Shown here: one piece after another, positions 13,497 through 26,464 of the stretch
How positions within the stretch are numbered: the first letter of the stretch is position 1
Layout: the number at the start of each line of letters is the position of its first letter
Assembly (NCBI RefSeq): GCF_963676685.1
Contig: NC_092346.1
Coordinates: forward strand, 31,806,001-31,870,000
Direction of reading: 5' to 3'
Source: Mytilus edulis
Taxonomy: Eukaryota
Length of the DNA stretch: 64,000 nt
The notes under the pieces: generated by a model
The model's database searches: none
What the model saw: the letters and a program-made list of their open reading frames with translations, nothing else
Told to the model about the DNA's origin: nothing
Made by a program: the position numbers and the translations under genes

Positions 13497-13607
13497 GTTA
13501 CAAGCATTGAACAAGAAATACACAGCTTGATTCGATTAAGACATAAAAATCTTATTCACTATTTAGCTATAAAATATATACAGGAAGCTGGGAAATGTAC
13601 AGTTTAT
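13497..13607 (+). CDS. EIF2AK4: GCN2 fragment exon 1: VTSIEQEIHSLIRLRHKNLIHYLAIKYIQEAGKCTVY
   Basis: ctccag and gtaagt boundaries, 111 bp, pseudokinase alphaC-beta4 region. Confidence 0.88.
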
Positions 13608-13984
13608 GTAAGTAAATAATTTTATGAAAATGTCTTCATATTATCAAGAGAGGAGAACTAAAGATTTTAGCAATTTCATGAGAAAAAATTATAGATGTCA
13701 GAATTTTGGTTGAAAATAAATTGTAACAGAATAATGTTAGAGATGGGTCTCATTGGGGTCTATGCGTAATGCGGGATTGGCTGATTTGTTTTAAGCATGA
13801 CTCATAAAAGCCGAATGATTAAGCGTGAAAACGGGAAACGCTTTAATCTCAATTATACTGCTGATAAGTATTTACATGTAACTGTTATTAAATTGTGATA
13901 TCAGGTCAGAAGAATATGGAAAATATATGTGGAATGTACATATGATAGAAAGGTACTGTTCCTTTCAAATGCCAAACATAACAC

Positions 13985-14308
13985 TTTTTATGCCCCATTT
14001 ATGGGCATTATGTTTTCTGGTCTGTGTGTCTAATTGTCAGTGTGTTTGTTTGTTCTTTCTTCCGTCCATTCTTTCGTCTGTTCGTCGTCTGTCCCGCTTC
14101 AGGTTAAAGTTTTTGGTGAAGGTAGTTTTTGATGAAGTTGAAGTCCAATCAACTTGAAACTTAGTACACATGTTCCCTATGATATGATTTTCTAATGTTT
14201 ATTCCAAATTAGAGTTTTCATGCCATTTTCACGCCATTTTCACGTTCCACTGAACATAGAAAATGATAGTGCGGATGGGGCATCTATGTACTTGGAACTC
14301 ATTCTTGT
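13985..14308 (+). mobile_element. Short Helentron-like element (same family as 6961-7464)
   Basis: tttttatgcccc...ggggcatc...cattcttgt ends and the shared core caggttaaagtttttggt. Confidence 0.7.
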
Positions 14309-14493
14309 TTCTTAATCTGTGAAAACAGTAGTACCTTTATATGTAAAATGAGTGATTATTGCTTTTTTGGAGCCTGAAGTCTGTGCGTCAGCTCATTTTT
14401 TTGTGGATTTTTTGGTGCCTGGAGTCTGGTCCACTGTTTCTTCATCATGTCTCATATTCATTTTTTGGAGCCTTGAGTCTGGGTGTCTTTTCA

Positions 14494-15199
14494 TTTTTAT
14501 ACGCCCATCAAAATTTTGATGGGACGTATTATGTTATACAAATGTCTGCTATCCGTCCGTCTGTCTGTCGTAAACATGTTGCACCGTAACTTGAGAACGA
14601 CGTATCCAAATTTCATGAAACTTTTCAAAGTTTTTTCTTATGATGGTCAAATGACCTGTATACTTTTTGGTGAAAATAAGATTAAAACTTTTTGAGTTAT
14701 GGCACTTTGTAACTAAAACAGGGGTGTGTTTTTTTCACATGTCGCAACGTATGTCATAAACGATTTTTGATTATTGCTTAAAACTTTACACACTTCTTAG
14801 TTATATTAATCTTAATATCTGTATACTTTTTGGTGATGATTTAAAATTTCATTTTTGAGTTATTGAGTAATTTGTAAAAAAGGGGGAGGGGGTTTTACAT
14901 GTCGCGCCGTATCTCAAAAACGATTTATTATTATTTCTTTTAAACTTTACACTTTTCTTTGTTACATTAATCTAAAGATCTGTATACTTTTTGGTTTTGA
15001 TTCAAAATTTTATTTTAGTGATATTCAGATTTTATGTTATAAAAAAAGATGGGGGGAGGGGGGGGGTCATATGTTCTGCCGTATCTGAAAAACAATATAT
15101 GGTTATTGCTTAAAGCTTTCTCAGAAACTATTTGTGATTGTTGCATTAAACTTTCACGCAAGACGACGGGCATATCATGCACTCATGGCGCAGCTGTTT
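14494..15199 (+). mobile_element. Helentron-like element (family also at 21381-22260)
   Basis: 5' tttatacgccc plus hairpin, (ccgt/ctgt)n microsatellite, and 3' gggcatatcatgc..gcgcagctgttt. Confidence 0.8.
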
Positions 15200-15734
15200 A
15201 TTCATGAATTATATTCAAAGCAAAGATTTTAAATCTCAATCTGATCACTAATGCCTACATTTTACAGTTACCTCACTTGCTCAACATGCCTATTTAAGAA
15301 TACTTGTCACTGTGGTAATGAATGTCATTCTAATCAATTCATGTTTCAATGACACAATTTTTTTGTTGATATTCAATTTTTAGTTATTTGTAAGAAGATA
15401 TCTACTATATGTTGTTTATATATTTATTATTGTGTATCCTGACAACAAAACTGTAGCAACCTATAGAAATAAACTGAAATTTTCTCTTATTCATATTAGT
15501 ATGTTTGTCTGACATCTATCATTTGAATATTATCTGAAGACTTTAAGCATGTTGTGATTTATTATGAAAAGATGATATGTTGGTAAGACACTTTCATGCT
15601 TCCACAGTTGTTGATTTCTCTATTATACAGTAAATATTGAATGTAATGTGTACATTTATGAATGTAAATCTTTGTCCGTTAACGGCCGTTAAGGTTTTTC
15701 TCCATCAATTTTTTTCATAGCTAATTTTCATTCT

Positions 15735-16200
15735 GGAAGGATGAGTGGTCTAAGTAGTTCATCTGCACTAGCCTGTCAACATTAAGGTGGTGAATTTCAA
15801 CTCAAAAAGGCATGGTGCGTTTGACTCTGATTCTAATTAACCAGAATCTGTATGGTGAGTCTATGTTGGTACTCCTAGGCTTGTTAGAAAAGTGGTGTTA
15901 GACACCAACAATCAATCAAATAAACAACCAGTTATTGAGCATTAGGTTGGTGGGTCTCTGTTGGTACTACTGCTTTCTCCACCAATAAAACCCAAATGTG
16001 GAAGTGATGTTAAACATCAACAATCAATCAATCAAACAATCAGTAATTTGACGGATCTTTGATGCCTCTGATGGCACTCCTGCTTCCTCCATTAATAAAA
16101 CTGATCACTATAATATAGCCAAGAGTGAATGTGGTGTTAAATACCAACAATCAATCAATCAAACAACCATTATTTCTGTTGATACTCCTGCTTCCTCAAA
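15735..16200 (+). mobile_element. Degenerate tRNA-derived SINE with a triplicated 3' tail
   Basis: Decayed A/B-box-like head. The tail motifs ggtactcc..cttcctccaccaataaaac and gtggtgttaaacaccaac(aatc)n are repeated three times. Confidence 0.5.
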
Positions 16201-16944
16201 AGATATGAAGATTAATCTATTGATCAATATGAACTTTCATTTCTACCTGTGATAAATGCTCAACAATTAGTCAACTTATCAATCAACAAATCAATAAATC
16301 AATTATTCACACAACATACATATCCACTGTCCAAAACCAACCAACCAATATTTAGAAAATATCCTTAGATCGTGATGGATGATGGAACATCCAACAAAAT
16401 GCAATCACCAACCAATCAACCAACCAAAAGTTTATGTGAGTAAAGACAGAGACGTCCATTGACAAACATTTCGACAATTGATTTTATTTTTTGATAGGGT
16501 TAATAATTAATAATTCTGGTATATTCACTTATCATTGAAGACTGTTTGTTGATGCATATATTTCTCTTGTTTAGATCTCTTTTTTTTTGTTTTTAAGTTG
16601 CTGTCTTATTGTCAATACACTATGTTTCCTTTTATTTATATTTGTAAGATATCAAACTAAAAATAATTTTACTATTAATTAAATTGATTTTTTATTATGA
16701 TCTTTGGCTTTAGTACAGATTCATAGTATGCTTGAAAAATAATATTTTGAATAAAAAGGAAAAGATATAGTGCTATGATGCAAAATACTTTCTTGATTGT
16801 TACAGTTTAACACAATATATTGGTCTAATCAGTTCTTGTAAGTTCATTTGTAAGCTGTTATTCCTGTTGTCAAATGCGTATGACATGAATATTGTTTGCC
16901 TTATACTATGTCACACATTTCTGTTCACTAAAAGTTTGAATGTT

Positions 16945-18633
16945 TTAGAATCCTTCAATGTTTATTTCATATAGTTTTGCTTCTTGAGCTTGACTACCAG
17001 CAGGCCTAGTGCATCCTATATATAGTTGTCCAGTTGTGTTGAAGGCAAGAGAATATGGAAACTTTATTCCTATGTCATTTGTATTGAAATATGAAACTAA
17101 ATAACCATTGTCATTGAGAATGTGTAAGATGTCAGTATCAAAACCCATCACAACAACATTGTCACTTGGTGTTGTCACAATGTCTACTGGTTTGAATGGT
17201 TTACTCTTATTGATGGTTGGATGACCTGTATACTGGTTTAAAATATGTCCTTCTTGTCCTAAGATCAGTACTTTACCTCTAGCATCATCTGAAATCCAAT
17301 CCACTACATGTATATTTCCGTTACATGTAGTGGTTATATACCTTGCGTTATTAAATAAAGGTTGATTATGTTCATCATGTTCATACACAGTTTCCTTGTC
17401 TCCTTTCTTGTTCATAATGATCACAGTATCTCTTTTTAGTTTACCATTATAAGCTCCAACTATAAGTTTATTGTCACTGATAACATGGATAGCAATGGGA
17501 AGTAAAGGTGATACATCATAAACAGAATCAGTCAGTTCACCACTACTGCTGATTTGTTGTAATCTTGTTTTCCCATAAACACACAGAAGGAGTTGATTAG
17601 ATGGAGTAACTGCCATTTCACACACATCAATGTTAAATTCAGACATCACCTTTAGGTTGGTTCCTTCAGGTTTTACTCTCTGTAATACTCCAAAAGAACC
17701 AGAACTTATCCAAAATGACTGGTCAAGGCATAGACTTACAAATGCTATTGACTCAAGTTCAGTCTGGTACTCACTATTGATGACCAGGGAGATGTTTATT
17801 TCTGCTGACAAGTTTCCATCATCTTGTAATGATCCAATGTGAGATTGGTTCAAATTTCCTGGTACAAATTTTGGTGAAGAAGTATAGCTAGGCCTGGTTC
17901 GTGGTTCTTGGGTTTCAGTGAATTTCTCCATCTTCTTGACCACTTTGAAAAATTCAGAGGCATTGGAAAGGTCAATACAGTCTTGGAATTCATTGATTTT
18001 GCCCACCTTCTGTTTTGTGAATAATGATATAGCGTTCAAATCAGATTTGACTGTTGATAAAACAGTTTCATGATTATGTTCCAATTTAATTTTGAGTTCT
18101 TTAAAATATTGTTCTTCTTGCTCTTTTACGGTTTCCTCATGACTTTGAATATTTATTTTTTCCTTGTTATACTTTATATTTTCAGCTGACACTAGTTTAT
18201 TAAGCTGGTCTTTCTTTGCGTTGATTTTATAATTACTCTTCTGCATTTTACTTTGTCCTTTTTTTAATATTTCTACTTTGATGTTGTATGCATCACTAAT
18301 TTCGATTAAATCGTGCTTCTTATGAATTTTAGCAACACAGGTTGGACACACTAGGATTTCACATGTATTACAGTAAAGACATGAAAATTGTCCAGTGTGT
18401 TCATTACACTTAATATTGGTAAAATCCAGTTCTTCCTTATGCAGTTCAATCTCTTCTCTTTTGATGATCTTATGATCAAGTGCATTTTTGAATTGAGAAT
18501 GTACATTTTCCTTGCAATGGGCACACATCATAATACTGCAGTCCATGCATTTCCACTGAATTGGTCTATCTGTTTTACATAATTTACAATTAACAGGAAC
18601 TTGACCTCCTCCAAACGGCTGAGAGGAAGCCAT
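16945..18633 (-). CDS. Intronless RING-less TRIM-like protein: two B-boxes, coiled coil and C-terminal NHL-like beta-propeller (562 aa)
   Basis: Intact ORF. B-box1 CKLC..CMDC..MCAHC..H, B-box2 CNEH..CNTC..VCPTC..H..H, then a helical K/E/Q-rich segment and propeller repeats (PIAIHV, ARYITT, PVDIVT, PYSLAF). Confidence 0.92.
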   Translation of the reverse strand: MASSQPFGGGQVPVNCKLCKTDRPIQWKCMDCSIMMCAHCKENVHSQFKNALDHKIIKREEIELHKEELDFTNIKCNEHTGQFSCLYCNTCEILVCPTCVAKIHKKHDLIEISDAYNIKVEILKKGQSKMQKSNYKINAKKDQLNKLVSAENIKYNKEKINIQSHEETVKEQEEQYFKELKIKLEHNHETVLSTVKSDLNAISLFTKQKVGKINEFQDCIDLSNASEFFKVVKKMEKFTETQEPRTRPSYTSSPKFVPGNLNQSHIGSLQDDGNLSAEINISLVINSEYQTELESIAFVSLCLDQSFWISSGSFGVLQRVKPEGTNLKVMSEFNIDVCEMAVTPSNQLLLCVYGKTRLQQISSSGELTDSVYDVSPLLPIAIHVISDNKLIVGAYNGKLKRDTVIIMNKKGDKETVYEHDEHNQPLFNNARYITTTCNGNIHVVDWISDDARGKVLILGQEGHILNQYTGHPTINKSKPFKPVDIVTTPSDNVVVMGFDTDILHILNDNGYLVSYFNTNDIGIKFPYSLAFNTTGQLYIGCTRPAGSQAQEAKLYEINIEGF

Positions 18634-19673
18634 ATTTGTCAGGTGTGTCCCAGGTATTTCACTTCCTTGTTTGATCTATTTTTAAGTTGTTATGATCAAT
18701 AAGTTAAATACCCTTGTACTTAGTGAATATACTGAAACATGATAACAGTGAACAAATAATTTATCGTTTGTGTAAATATTGAGAAGACCATAAATATTAT
18801 ATTTCACATGCTTACAATAATTTACAACACATTAGGTTACCTTAACTGACTGTCCCTAAGATAATCTACTTATTTTTTAGTCTGTTTGACTGTTAGGCTT
18901 TCTGTTTATCAATGCATCCATCCATTCCAAATCAAGTTCAAAAATGATGTGAACTTTAAAACAAATTATGCTAAATAATGGTTTTCACCCATATATTTCA
19001 GATCACTGATCAGGTTAAAGTTTTGTTTAGGGTAGTTTCCAATAAAGTTGTTGTCCTGTCAACTTGAAACTTAAAAAATCAACACAAAATAAATTAGGGT
19101 TTTGAACCAGATTTCACGGTTTACTGAATATGGAAATGTGATAGTATGAGAAGGGCAATGAGACAGTCTGAACACATATTCTTGTTTAGACTACTTTCTT
19201 TTCTGTCCATTTTGGTTTGATCTGCCCTTCAGTGTTTGAATTAGGTTTTAGACTTTAAAATTGTTTGGCTTACAACAGTACTGAAGAGACTCTTTTACGA
19301 GATGCAGTCAAAATTTGAACCATTAATGCTACTATGGTTGAAGATGCTAACAGAGCATTATAATTTTAGTGATATCAATGTCAAGTCATTATAAAGGACA
19401 TTTACCATTTGCAACAAATATTGATATGACATGAGTCATGTGACTTACAATGGGTCTCAGTCAATATTTTGAATAGAAATATATGTTGTTGTATTTGTAT
19501 CAGTCATTCAGAAAAGTCATATTTACAACTAATTATATTTAAACATTACTGTTATCAATTGTGTTAAACATGAGAAATTCTTTTTTACATTTTCAATTTG
19601 ATTTCTTAGCATGAAATCAGTAGCATATACCGGTATAAGACCATTATATAATTTTGTTCTATATCTTATAATT

Positions 19674-20945
19674 GTTTTTATACGCCCAGGACGGGACGTA
19701 TTATGGTATACCGTTGTCCGTCCGTCTGTCCGTCCGTCCGTCGTCCACACTTTGGACAATAACTCAAAAACACCTTCATCAATTTCCATGAAACTTAAGT
19801 GAATTGTTAATATCTATTGACGTAAGCTCCCTTTCGTTTTTTTTTAATATCAGATTTTAAGTTTTTGATTTATGGGGCTTTATTCATAAAAAAGGGGGAA
19901 TTTTCAACACTTCGGACAATAACTCAAAAAGGCTTTCACCAATGTCCATGAAACTTTGGTGAATTGTTTATATCTATTGACGTAAGCTCCCTTTCGTTTT
20001 TTTTTATTTCCGATTTTAAGTTTTGGATTTATGGGGCTTTATTCATAAAAAAGGGGGGATTTTCAACACTTCGGACAATAACTCAAAAAGGCTTTCACCA
20101 ATGTCCATGAAACTTTGGTGAATTGTTTATATCTATTGATGTAAGCTCCCTTTCGTTTTTTTTTAATTTCAGATTTTAAGTTTTGGATTTATGGGGCTTT
20201 ATACATAAATAAAGGGGGATTTTTAACACTTTGGACAATTACTCAAAAAGGCTTTCACCAATGTCCATGAAACTTTAATGAATTGTTTATATCTATTGAT
20301 GTAAGCTCCCTTTCAATTTTTATAAATTTCAGATTTTAAGTTTTGGATTTATGGGGCTTTATTCATAAAAAAAGGGTGATTTTTAACACTTAGGACAATA
20401 ACCCAAAAAGGCTTTCACCAATGTCCATGAAACTTTTGTGAATTGTTTATATCTATTGATGTAAGCTCCCTTTCAATTTTTATAAATTTCAGATTTAAAG
20501 TTTTGGATTTATGGGGCTTTATTCATAAAAAAAGGGTGATTTTTAACACTTCGGACAATAACTCAAAAAGGCTTTCACCAATGTCCATGAAACTTTAGTG
20601 AATTGTTTATATCTATTAATGTAAGCTCCCTTTCAATTTTTATAAATTTCAGATTTTACATTTCCGTGTTATGAATTTTTATGCTTAAAAAAGGGGGGAT
20701 TTTTCCAATTTTGGGACTATAACTAACACTTTCACAAAATTTTATGTATGGATGAAAAATTAAGAAAACAAACTTAGTTAAATTTGAGGTAGCCTTAATA
20801 GTGCCAATTTTTTTGTGTATTTTTATTTATTATTTGTATTTGACAGGGCTCACACTATTTCTAGTTGATCATATAAATTCATTTAAAGCATAAAAGACAA
20901 GTTAAAAGAGCAACGGGCGTATCATGCGCCTAAGCGCAGCCCTTT
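19674..20945 (+). mobile_element. Helentron-like element carrying about 6 tandem 160-bp units
   Basis: tttatacgccc/gggcgtat subterminal IR and (ccgt)n. Units start at about 19754, 19914, 20073, 20233, 20393 and 20554. 3' hairpin gcgcctaagcgc. Confidence 0.87.
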
Positions 20946-20967
20946 ATTATTTATATTTTCCAAACAG

Positions 20968-21120
20968 ATTTTAATGGACTACTCTGGAGGTGCTAGTCTC
21001 AACATACATATAACAGAATCACGTCCACTATCTTTAGATATCATCAAGGCTTACACAGAGGAAATTTTGTATGGATTAGAATATTTACACAAAAAAGATG
21101 TGGTACATAAGTACCTAAAG
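20968..21120 (+). CDS. EIF2AK4: GCN2 fragment exon 2: ILMDYSGGASLNIHITESRPLSLDIIKAYTEEILYGLEYLHKKDVVHKYLK
   Basis: aacag and gtaggt boundaries. The degenerate catalytic loop (VHKYLK, no HRD) is typical of the GCN2 pseudokinase. Confidence 0.9.
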
Positions 21121-21270
21121 GTAGGTAACTGATGTTCAAATTATATTCAAAGTGTATGCTTGTTCAATTAAATATGTATAATTAGGATGGGGATTAATTA
21201 TTGTCTATGTGACAGCAATCCACCAACACAATAGACAACAAAAGCAACATCTTCAACATTTGACTTGTGA

Positions 21271-24200
21271 TTTTTGTCGAGCCTTCGACTTTAGTCGAAA
21301 AAGCGAGACATAGCAATCCTACATTCTGTCGTTGTTGTCGGCTGTGTCGGCGTCCACAAATATTCACTCTGTGGTTAAAGTTTTTATACGCCCGTCAAAG
21401 TTTTGACGGGACGTATTATGGTATACAAATGTCCAGTGTCCATCCGTCTGTCCGTCCGTCTGTCCGTCTGTCCGGCGTAAACATGTAGCACCGTAACTTG
21501 AGAACGACTTATCCAAATTTCATGAAACTTAATATAGTTGTTTCTTATGATGGTCAAATGATCTGTATACTTTTTGGTGAAAATAAGATTTAAACTTTTT
21601 GAGTTACGGCACTTTATAACTAGAACAGGGGTGTGTTTTTTTGACATGTCGCACTGTATCTCAAAAACGATTCTTGATTATGACTTAAAACTTTAAACAC
21701 TTCTTAGTTATATTAATCTCAATATCTGTATACTTTTTGGAGTTGATTCAAAATTTCATTTTTGAGTTATTGAGTATTTTGTAAAAAAGGGGGAGGTTTT
21801 TTTTACATGTTGTGCCGTATCTCAAAAACGATTTATGATTATTGCTTAAAACTTTACACACTTCTTTGTTCTATTAATCTAAAGATCTGTATACTTTTTG
21901 GTGATTATTCAAAATTTTATTTTTGAGTTATTGAGTATTTTGTAAAACAGGGGAGGTTTTTTTTACATGTCGCGCCGTATCTCAAAAATAAGTTATGATT
22001 ATTGCTTAAAACTTTACACACTTCTTTATTATATTAATCTAAAGATCTGTATACTTTTTGGTTTTGATTCAAAATTTTATTTTGGTAATATTTAGTTTTT
22101 TGTAAAAAAAAAACAGGGTGGGAGGTTTCACATGTCCCGCCGTGTCTCTAAAACAATATATGGTTATTGCTTAAAACTTTCTCAGAAACTATTTATGATT
22201 ATTGCATAAGACTTCCACATAAGACGTCGGGCATATCATGCGCTCATGGCGCAGCTGTTTATTGAAATTTTAATATTTTTCTTAAACTATCCTGGATTTC
22301 TACCAAACTGGGACAGAAGCTTGTTTATGATCATAAGATAGTATCTAGAAGTAAATTTCATAAAAATAAAATTCCTGTTATTCCTTATTTTACTTGTAAA
22401 TGGAGTTAGTTTTTCTGCCGGGAAACATAACATTCACTCTGTGGTTAAAGTTTTTAAAATTTTAATACCTTTCTTAAACTATCCTGGATTTGTACCAAAC
22501 TTGGACAGAAGCTTGTTTATGATCATAAGAAAGTATCCAGAAGTAAATTTTTTAAAATCTGTTTTTGTCAAGCCTGCGACTTTTGTCGCAGAAAGCTCGA
22601 CATAGGGATAGTGATCCGGCGGCAGCAGCGTTAGCTAACTTCTTAAAAGCTTTATATTTTAGAAAGTGGAAGACCTGGATGCTTCATACTTTGTATATAG
22701 ATGCCTCATGTTCCAAAATTTCCGTCAGTCACATGTCAAATGTCCTTGACCTCATTTTCATGGTTCAGTGACTACTTGAAAAAAAAGTTAAGATTTTTTG
22801 TAATGTTAAATTCTCACTTATTATAAGTAATAGGATAACTATATTTGGTATGTGCGTACCTTGCAAGGTCCTCATGCCTGTCATACAGTTTTCACATGAC
22901 CTCGACCTCATTTCATGGATCAGTGAACAAGGTTAAGTTTTGGTGGTCAAGTCCATATCTCAGATACTATAAGCAATAGGTCTAGTATATTTGGTGTATG
23001 GAATGATTGTAAGTTGTATGTGTTCACCTGGCAGGTGTCATCTGACCTTGACCTCATTTTCATGGTTCAGTGGATATAGTTAAGTTTTTGTGTTTTGGTC
23101 TGTTTTTCTTATACTGTATGCATGCAAAAGGTCTACTATATTATCACATTTTTTTGTTTAAATAAGTAGAACAACTCTGCCCCTTTGACCAGAATATAGA
23201 CATCATTAATTTACAGTGTAAATATTTTTCTCCTTATTTAAGTCTTAGTAATAAACAATTAAAACAGAACTATCTTCTTTGCTGTCTTAAATTAATTTAT
23301 TCAGCTTAATTTTCAATTAGCAAATAAAATTAGTTAAAAGACAGGTGTCAGCTAGATTTCCTGTGGCTGGTCTGTTCTCTTTCAATTTTATGTAACTACC
23401 TAATTTTGTATGTATTAAAATAAATATTGCTTTTGTAAATATTCCTTCTCCATCACTGCATCAGTCTTTCTGTCTTTCTTCATGTCATACAATAAAATAT
23501 TGATCCAATTTCAAGATAAATGAGTGAATATTTGAATTTGTGAAGATAAAAATCCTCTGTATTCATATGGTAATGGCACCAATCATTATGCAGTTGTTTT
23601 TGTCGAGCCTGCAATTTTTGTCGCAGATAGCTCGACATAGGGATTGTGATCCGGTGGTGGCGGCTAACTTCTTAAAACCTTTATATTTTAGAAGGTGGAA
23701 GACTTGCATGCCTCATGTTACGAAGTTTTAATCAGTCACATGTCTGATGTCCTTGACCTTATTTCATGGTTCAGTGATTACTTGAAAAAAAGATTTTTTG
23801 TAATGTTAAATTCTTTCTTTTTTTAAGTAAATGGTAAATATATTTGGTATGTACGTACCTTGCAAGGTCCTCATGCCCTTCAGACAGTTTTCACTTGACC
23901 TCCACCTCATTTCATGGATAAGTGAACAAGGTTAAGTTTTGGTGGTCAAGTCCATATCTCAGATACTATAAGCACTGGGTCTAGTATATTTGGTGTATGG
24001 AAGGACTGTAAGGTGTACATGTCCAACTGGCAGGTGTCATCTGACCTTGACCTCATTTTCATGGTTCAGTGGTCAAAGTTAAGTTTTTGAGTTTTGGTCT
24101 TTTTTTCTAATACTTTATATAATAGGTCAAATATATTTGGTGTATGGAAATATTTTATGATCTATATGTCAGTCGTGCAGGTTTTATTTGACCTCATTTT

Positions 24201-24831
24201 CAAGGGTCATTGATCAGTGTTAAGTTTTTATGTTTTGGTCTGTTTTTCTCAAACTATAAGCAATTGGTCAACTATAATTGTTGTATGGAAGAATTGTCTG
24301 CCTGGCATGGTTCATCTGACCTTGACCTTATTTTCATGGTTCATGGGTCAATGTTTTCTTGGTTAATGTTTCGTTTATGTGACAGTTAACAGGCTAATAT
24401 TTGAACTGGAATTATTGTTAATTTTGGAATTTGCATAATTTCTTGTGTTTAATTTTTTTGATAAATTCCATGTTTATTTGGTATTATGATCATGTGAGTG
24501 GTTAATTACACTTTCCATACAATGTATTTTGGTTAGATAGTGTTGTGGGTGGCACAGTACATTCTATTGAAAATATACTATTTTCTTTGTAATAGAAAGT
24601 GTTGTGCACAGCACAGAACATTTCAGTACAGAATAAACATGAAATTATTAAATAAACATGAAATTTATTAAAAATTTCAATAACAAGAAATCAAGCAAAT
24701 TCCATTATTAAAAAAAATTCCAAGTTCAAATAATAGCCTGTTAGTTGTAATATAGCTTTATATTTAGGACTATCAACATAATATAAATGATTAGTAAAAA
24801 AGGCGAGACATTTCAGTGTGTGCACTCTTGT
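21271..24831 (+). mobile_element. Cluster of nested Helentron-like elements (starts at 21271, 21381, 22563 and 23597)
   Basis: Repeated tttttgtcgagcc..cgactt..gtcg 5' ends. 21381-22260 interrupts the 21271 element in a T-run. A 3' end ggcgagacatttcagtgtgtgcactcttgt lies at about 24831. Confidence 0.75.
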
Positions 24832-24866
24832 CTTTTAAAATTATTACGCTCATTTATATATTGCAG

Positions 24867-24931
24867 GCTTCCAGTATAGTTGTTGATAAGAATGGTAGAA
24901 TAAGGATTGGTGATTATAGTATTGATAAGAG
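24867..24931 (+). CDS. EIF2AK4: GCN2 fragment exon 3: ASSIVVDKNGRIRIGDYSIDKR
   Basis: tgcag and gtatgt boundaries. DYS replaces DFG, as in the GCN2 pseudokinase. Confidence 0.9.
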
Positions 24932-26464
24932 GTATGTATTTTATCTGATAGTAGATATACAAAATTCAGATATTGCTGCATGATTAAAGTGAGGTGTGGG
25001 TTATTACATGATATAAATAAGAAGATGTGGTATGAGTTCCAATGAGAGAACTCTCCATCCCAGTCTCAATGTTTAAAAAGTTAACAATTACAGGTAAAAG
25101 TACTGTTTTTATCTGAATAATTACATATGGCATGTTTGTATGCCCTTTTCACTTAACAGCAGGCTCTAAAGAGCCCCAAAATGACTAGTGTTAAACAATT
25201 CAAACAGGAAAAGTAAAGCTGATTTGTTATCAAAAATTACCAGTAGGGCTCGCTCTGCTTATCTGAAACTCCAAAAATGTGTGAAATGTCTCTAGAGCTA
25301 TAATTGTATGATACAAATTCTGATTTGAAAATTTATGAAATAAACCTGAAGAAAAATATGTGTTTTGTACTTGTTTTATCAAGTAGGTCTGTGAAATGTT
25401 CTCAGATATATAGATATTAAACCACCGAGTTGAAGTACAAACAACAAAAGTTGTTACAAATTTAATTTGACATTTTGTTTGATTATACGTAATAAGGAGT
25501 TATTTGAGTTTTGAATGATTTTGAATTTTGGGGAATTGATGAGAAATGTATGATGGAAACTAACCAAACTAAATTTGTCAATTCAGTGACTTTTATAGCT
25601 GACTATGTGGTATAGGCTTAGTTCATTGTTGAAGACTGTATGGAACAGGGGTGGGGTAATTGAAAATGTAATGGTAATTAAGTGTAATGCATTACAATTT
25701 TCCATGTAATTGAATGTAATGTGTAATTGAGCATTTTTTGAATTACATGTAATGGTAATTTAATTAATTACATTGAAAAAGGCATGTAATGCTCAATTAC
25801 TTTAAAATTACATTTCAATTACATGTACTTCTATGGTGTTGTAAAAAGATAAGGATTTGTGTTTTATAATATAAATTGTAAAATTATATTTATTTTTCAA
25901 ATATTGATATCAAATACTTTCTTTTAAGGGCATACGATACAGTTTTGAACCTGTATTTACAAGTTGCTGAAAATTTGCGTATAGGCTATTTTTTACCTGA
26001 TTAAATCAAATATGTAATAAAAAATATACCTTCATGTGCTACTTTTTGAGTAAAATGAGGTCGAAATTTTGTATATTTGCTCAAAATTCAGATTTGTGTC
26101 TGTATTTTCTATTTCGAAAGAAAGACGTAACTTTTTTGTTTTAAAAGATAAACACAAATTGTTTTTTGTTAAATAACCGGTTATTTCTGTATTTTATAAG
26201 TATCATTAAAAATTATGCAATTTTTATTCCGAAATAACTCTATATTGATCAAATGTTCATGAATAGAGGAAAAAACGTCATTTTTTGCTGCATGTTTATC
26301 AAAATTTAAAAAATTGCGCTATTTACAGTTTTATAAAAATTGGGTCACATAATCTCCTTGCAAAATGAAACAAATTGCTGTTTTAGAGGTTGTATAGTTT
26401 TTAAGAAAGAGACCTTTTAAGTAAATAGATTGATAAGTAATTAATCACCTTTAAACACAAACAA

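Noticed and set aside
19276-19310. Possible hammerhead remnant (ctgaagagac...)
   Set aside because: The GAAA core and helices could not be reconstructed.
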